A stretch of DNA of 38,641 bases from Ferroacidibacillus organovorans (GTDB taxonomy: Bacteria; Bacillota; Bacilli; Alicyclobacillales; SLC66), in contig NZ_LSUQ01000023.1 of the NCBI RefSeq assembly GCF_001642725.1, positions 1 to 38,641 of the forward strand, written 5' to 3'. Of the stretch, positions 34,957 through 38,641 are shown in pieces (position 1 is the first letter of the stretch; each line of letters opens with the position of its first letter). A program made the translations under genes and the position numbers. The notes below the pieces were generated by a model. That model saw only the letters and a list, made by a program, of their open reading frames with translations, did no database searches and was not told the origin of the DNA.

Positions 34957-35457
34957 CTATTCCTTGTCTCCGCCTTGCGTCGTCTGCGTTGAATGACGGA
35001 GCACCGCGTGTACGGCGTCTTTGATTTCCTGATACCCTGTACAGCGGCAGAGATTAGGCTGTAACCACTCTTTGATCTGCTCATCTGTAGGTTCCTTACA
35101 CTGTGTGACGAGCGCATGACACACAACGACAAACCCTGGTGTGCAATACCCACATTGAATCGCCCAGTAGTCAATGAATGCCTGGCGGATCGGGGAATCG
35201 ACAAGCCCTTCCGCTGTCGTTACGGAGTGTCCCACCGCCTCCACACCAAGCGTCAGACACGCATGCACCGGCACTCCGTCAAGCAACACGGTGCAGGCGC
35301 CACAATCACCGTTTTCACACCCAGGTTTGGCGCCCGTCAACCCAAGATCCCGAAGCGCGTGCAGCAATGTGTCTGATGAGCGCAATACGACCTCGCGGAA
35401 TTGCCCATTGACATGAACCTCAAATACACCTGGACGCAATCCACATCGCACGCTCAT
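34957..35457 (-). CDS. Xanthine dehydrogenase family 2x[2Fe-2S] small subunit
   Basis: GCENGDCGAC...AC and QCGYCTPG...NLCRCTGY motifs; ATGA overlap with the FAD subunit. Confidence 0.95.
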   Translation of the reverse strand: MSVRCGLRPGVFEVHVNGQFREVVLRSSDTLLHALRDLGLTGAKPGCENGDCGACTVLLDGVPVHACLTLGVEAVGHSVTTAEGLVDSPIRQAFIDYWAIQCGYCTPGFVVVCHALVTQCKEPTDEQIKEWLQPNLCRCTGYQEIKDAVHAVLRHSTQTTQGGDKE

Positions 35458-36293
35458 ACCGCCCACCCCATTTGCTTAAGAATCTCTTCCAGCGTCAATT
35501 GGAGCACAAACTTGCGGTAATCTTCAGAACCCTCCAGATCATGAAGCACCTCATGCGGAAACTGCTCGATCACCTGCTTCACCCGCTCACACAGCGGGCG
35601 CGCACGGTTGCTCACAAGTTCCTCCAACCGCTCATCCCGAAAAGGAAACGCGCAGACGCCACTGAACGCCATCCGAATTCTATCCCCATCCTCAAGTGCC
35701 AAAACCGTGACAAGCGGATAATTTACGCTGGACTGCTTCGTTTTTTTGAGATGCACAAAAGTGTTCGCCACAAACGACCGCGGAATGTAAAACTGTGTGA
35801 TCAATTCGCCCGGCTTAAGGTTCAGAGCATGATGAAACACATCTGTAAAAGGCAACAAGCGCGCACCCTGAGGCCCGAAAAGTTTTACCTTGCTGTCACA
35901 CAGAAGAAAAGGCAACGCCATTTCGCGATACATCAGCCGCCTGCTCCCCACGTTTCCCCCCACCGTTATCTTGTTGCGCGCTGTGCGATCCGCAATCGCC
36001 TGCGCCGTCTGCCCGAACAGCGGAAAAATGTCCGAGTCTGCCAACTGATTTAGCGTGACGGCAGCGCCAATGACGATCTCTTCACCATCGATCCCAAGAA
36101 CTTGACACTCCGGCAGATCCTTGATGTCGATGATCGCATCTGCGGCCATTTGTCCCATGCGTGAAAAAGTGATGATTTCCGTACCCCCAGCATAGTAAAG
36201 CGCGTGCTGCCCCTGCGCCGCCGCAGTTTCATACAGCGCGACTGCCTCCGACGGAGTATTGGGACGGGAATAGGCAAAGTCAAACGCGATCAC
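35454..36293 (-). CDS. Xanthine dehydrogenase family FAD-binding subunit
   Basis: YAGGTE, IDIKDL, IGAAVTL and RNKITVGGN motifs. Confidence 0.93.
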   Translation of the reverse strand: MIAFDFAYSRPNTPSEAVALYETAAAQGQHALYYAGGTEIITFSRMGQMAADAIIDIKDLPECQVLGIDGEEIVIGAAVTLNQLADSDIFPLFGQTAQAIADRTARNKITVGGNVGSRRLMYREMALPFLLCDSKVKLFGPQGARLLPFTDVFHHALNLKPGELITQFYIPRSFVANTFVHLKKTKQSSVNYPLVTVLALEDGDRIRMAFSGVCAFPFRDERLEELVSNRARPLCERVKQVIEQFPHEVLHDLEGSEDYRKFVLQLTLEEILKQMGWAV

Positions 36294-38637
36294 TCCCGCG
36301 CACCCCCCTCGCTCTCCAGATTTCCTCCGGTGTTAAAGGCAGATGGTTTAGATCCACACCTGCTGCCACGGAAAGACCGTTGGCAAGCGCCGCAGGCATC
36401 CCGATGACACCGTATTCGCCTATGCCGCGCGCGCCAAACGGACCATCGATGCAAGGCGTTTGAACAAAATCAACCACGTACTCGTCTGGCTGCTCCCCAA
36501 ATCGCAACACCTTATACGTGCGCAATTGCGGATTGAGCACCCGACCCGTGTCGTCAAACTGCAACGTCTCACAACTGGCATAGCTGAGCCCCATAAACAT
36601 CCCGCCACGCATTTGCTGTGTCGCCGTCCCCACATTAATGATCGTACCCCCGTCGAGCACGGTCACGGCCTTCAGAATGCGATACTGATTATCGCGAGGA
36701 TTCCACGCCACTTCAACGCCTTGCACACCCACGGACCACCAGGGACCGGGCTTTCCAAATCCCGTTTTCGGATCCATCCCCGTGAGATGTTTTTGAATGT
36801 ACTTTCCACTTCCAATCACCTGCCCCATCACAGCGTGTCCACTCGGATATTTATAGCCGAGCGCAATCTCCCCGTACTCAACATAAAAGGAAGGGCTATC
36901 CTTTACAAACACCTTCCCATCGTCATAATCCAAATCCTCGGCCGCGCATTGAAGGACGATCGCTGCCGTTTGTTTGAGTTGACGTATCGCGTCGTCTGCC
37001 GCCTGAATCACCGCACGCCCCGCAAGAAATGTGCCTGTGCTCGCAACGGTGCGCCACTCATGAGGGTTGTACGCGGTGTCCACATCAATCGTAACTCGAA
37101 TTTTTTGGATATTTATCCTCAGTTTTTCTGCGAGAATTTGCGTGAGAGCCGTCTTTGTCCCTTGCCCAAATTCAACGGTCGCGACGTTTAGATTGACACT
37201 GCCATCTGCGTCAAACGTCAGAATCGCGCCAGCCTGTCCATTGGGTGGCGTCGTCGAGGTTTTCCAAAAACACGCCACCCCCTTCGCGCGGATCGTTCCG
37301 TCCGGCATTTCAACACGTTGTCCTTGATCCCACTGCAAAAGCTCCTGCGCGCGCGCAAGACACGCCTTCACATCGCCGATGTTACTCTTGGTCAATACGA
37401 CATGCGTTGGCGTGCTGTCCCCCGGTTTGAGCAGATTCTTTGCGCGCAATTCGAGAGGATCCATACCCAGTTTTCGCGCAAGCACGTCCATCGTGCGATC
37501 CATTGCAAACGTCAATTCAGGATGGCCGTAGCCGCGAAACGACGTGCCATACGGATGATTGGTATAGAGGCAGTACGAATCGCACCAAACGTTTGCGATA
37601 TCGTAGGGACCCGTGCAGTCAATCGCCGCCGCGCGCGTGATTCCAGCCGCTTGGTCGGAATACGCCCCGCCGTCAAAATAAAAGGTGATCTTTGCCGCGC
37701 GAAGGTGACCATTCGCATCCGTACCGAGCTTCAAGGTCGCCTGCAATCCAACGCGGCCAGGCGCCGTGCAGATATCCTCTTCCCGTTCGTACGCGAGACT
37801 GACCATCCTGCCGCGCACCGCCTGTGACGCGAGATAGGCGATTGGTTCGAGTTGAATCGTGCCTTTGCCGCCAAACGCTCCACCCACCATGGCCACGTGC
37901 ACGATGACGTTCCCAACATCGATGTTGAAAAACTGATTGAACAATTTTTTGATGCTAAACGGCGACTGCGTGGTAGAGTGCACGATGACCTGGCCGTTTT
38001 GCAAAATCTGCACGCGTGCGCAGCGCGGTTCGAGCGCCGCGTGATCCGATACGTTAAGAGAATAGTCCTGTTCAACCACACACGTGCACGTATTCCAAGC
38101 CTTTTCTACGTCGCCTTTGCGAATCTTTATGTGATTTGCAATGTGCGTTCCTGGAACCGGATGAACACTTTCGACGATTTTTGTGTACTGCCCTGACTGC
38201 TCATGAATCGTGCCTTTTAGACTTTGAAATGCTTCATACGGTGAATTCACAACGGGGAGTGGGTCATATTCAATACGCACGAGTTTTGCAGCTCGTTTGG
38301 CCTGATGCTCTTTGTCTGCAACAACAATGGCAATAGGTTCCCCAAAGTACCTCACCTTGCCAACTGCAAGCGGCTGTCGATCTGCAAGGATTGGCCCGAT
38401 ATGATATGGAAAGACATCACCCGTGACAATCGCGCGAACGCCAGACACCTTCCAAGCTTCTGATGTATCTACGCTTTTCAATACAGCATGTGCATAGGTG
38501 CTTGTCACCAATTTCGCGTGAAGCATCCCTTTGGGGTCGACATCATTGGTGTATTTATACTCAGCCGACGCCTTGTCCCAAACGTCGACTCGTGCCACCG
38601 GTTGCCCGATCAAGCCCGTGTTCGATGAGCCAGCCAT
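36280..38637 (-). CDS. Xanthine dehydrogenase family molybdopterin-binding large subunit
   Basis: VGGAFGGK, SFRGYG, EFGQG and GARGIGE motifs. Confidence 0.95.
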   Translation of the reverse strand: MAGSSNTGLIGQPVARVDVWDKASAEYKYTNDVDPKGMLHAKLVTSTYAHAVLKSVDTSEAWKVSGVRAIVTGDVFPYHIGPILADRQPLAVGKVRYFGEPIAIVVADKEHQAKRAAKLVRIEYDPLPVVNSPYEAFQSLKGTIHEQSGQYTKIVESVHPVPGTHIANHIKIRKGDVEKAWNTCTCVVEQDYSLNVSDHAALEPRCARVQILQNGQVIVHSTTQSPFSIKKLFNQFFNIDVGNVIVHVAMVGGAFGGKGTIQLEPIAYLASQAVRGRMVSLAYEREEDICTAPGRVGLQATLKLGTDANGHLRAAKITFYFDGGAYSDQAAGITRAAAIDCTGPYDIANVWCDSYCLYTNHPYGTSFRGYGHPELTFAMDRTMDVLARKLGMDPLELRAKNLLKPGDSTPTHVVLTKSNIGDVKACLARAQELLQWDQGQRVEMPDGTIRAKGVACFWKTSTTPPNGQAGAILTFDADGSVNLNVATVEFGQGTKTALTQILAEKLRINIQKIRVTIDVDTAYNPHEWRTVASTGTFLAGRAVIQAADDAIRQLKQTAAIVLQCAAEDLDYDDGKVFVKDSPSFYVEYGEIALGYKYPSGHAVMGQVIGSGKYIQKHLTGMDPKTGFGKPGPWWSVGVQGVEVAWNPRDNQYRILKAVTVLDGGTIINVGTATQQMRGGMFMGLSYASCETLQFDDTGRVLNPQLRTYKVLRFGEQPDEYVVDFVQTPCIDGPFGARGIGEYGVIGMPAALANGLSVAAGVDLNHLPLTPEEIWRARGVRGSDRV

Positions 38638-38641
38638 AACA

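Noticed and set aside
35472..37827. Long plus-strand ORFs (35472-36053, 36460-37191, 37318-37827)
   Set aside because: They are antisense to well-supported molybdoenzyme subunits and carry no recognisable motifs.
36280..38637. Aerobic CO dehydrogenase (coxL)
   Set aside because: The active-site motif is GTSFRG, lacking the Cu-binding Cys of AYxCSFR, and the gene order is not coxMSL.

Overview
Chromosomal window from a spore-forming Firmicute, most likely an acidophilic Alicyclobacillaceae-like organism (inferred from gene content, Bacillus-type RBS/promoters and sporulation genes). From left to right it holds: (1) a copper-delivery operon (CcoI/FixI-like P1B-ATPase, DsbD_2 protein, membrane protein, YtkA-like lipoprotein) divergent from a sulfocyanin-like lipoprotein-AcoP-like cupredoxin-coxBACD operon that resembles the core of the Acidithiobacillus rus iron-oxidation operon; (2) spore genes (YhcN/YlaJ-like, YndM-like), a Ni/Co transporter, a C-terminally truncated CPA2 antiporter and a frameshifted beta-carbonic anhydrase remnant; (3) odhAB, a DUF2249/membrane protein/DUF59 cluster, a PIG-L deacetylase and a CoA-disulfide reductase-rhodanese; (4) a BlaI-M56-Met-rich beta-propeller module with a perfect 53-bp palindromic promoter/operator; (5) sdaAA-sdaAB under a tandem glycine riboswitch and an MFS exporter; (6) an AT-richer 5-kb signalling cassette bracketed by two near-identical, inward-facing c-di-GMP-I riboswitches, encoding FapA/DUF342 plus a stand-alone receiver on one strand and a small secreted peptide, a sensor-less histidine kinase and a TPR-degenerate HD-GYP protein on the other, which is the best candidate for an undescribed peptide-signalling system; (7) corA, a Gln-rich protein and a three-subunit xanthine-dehydrogenase-family molybdoenzyme. 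All family assignments come from motif recognition and remembered sequences; no database search was run.
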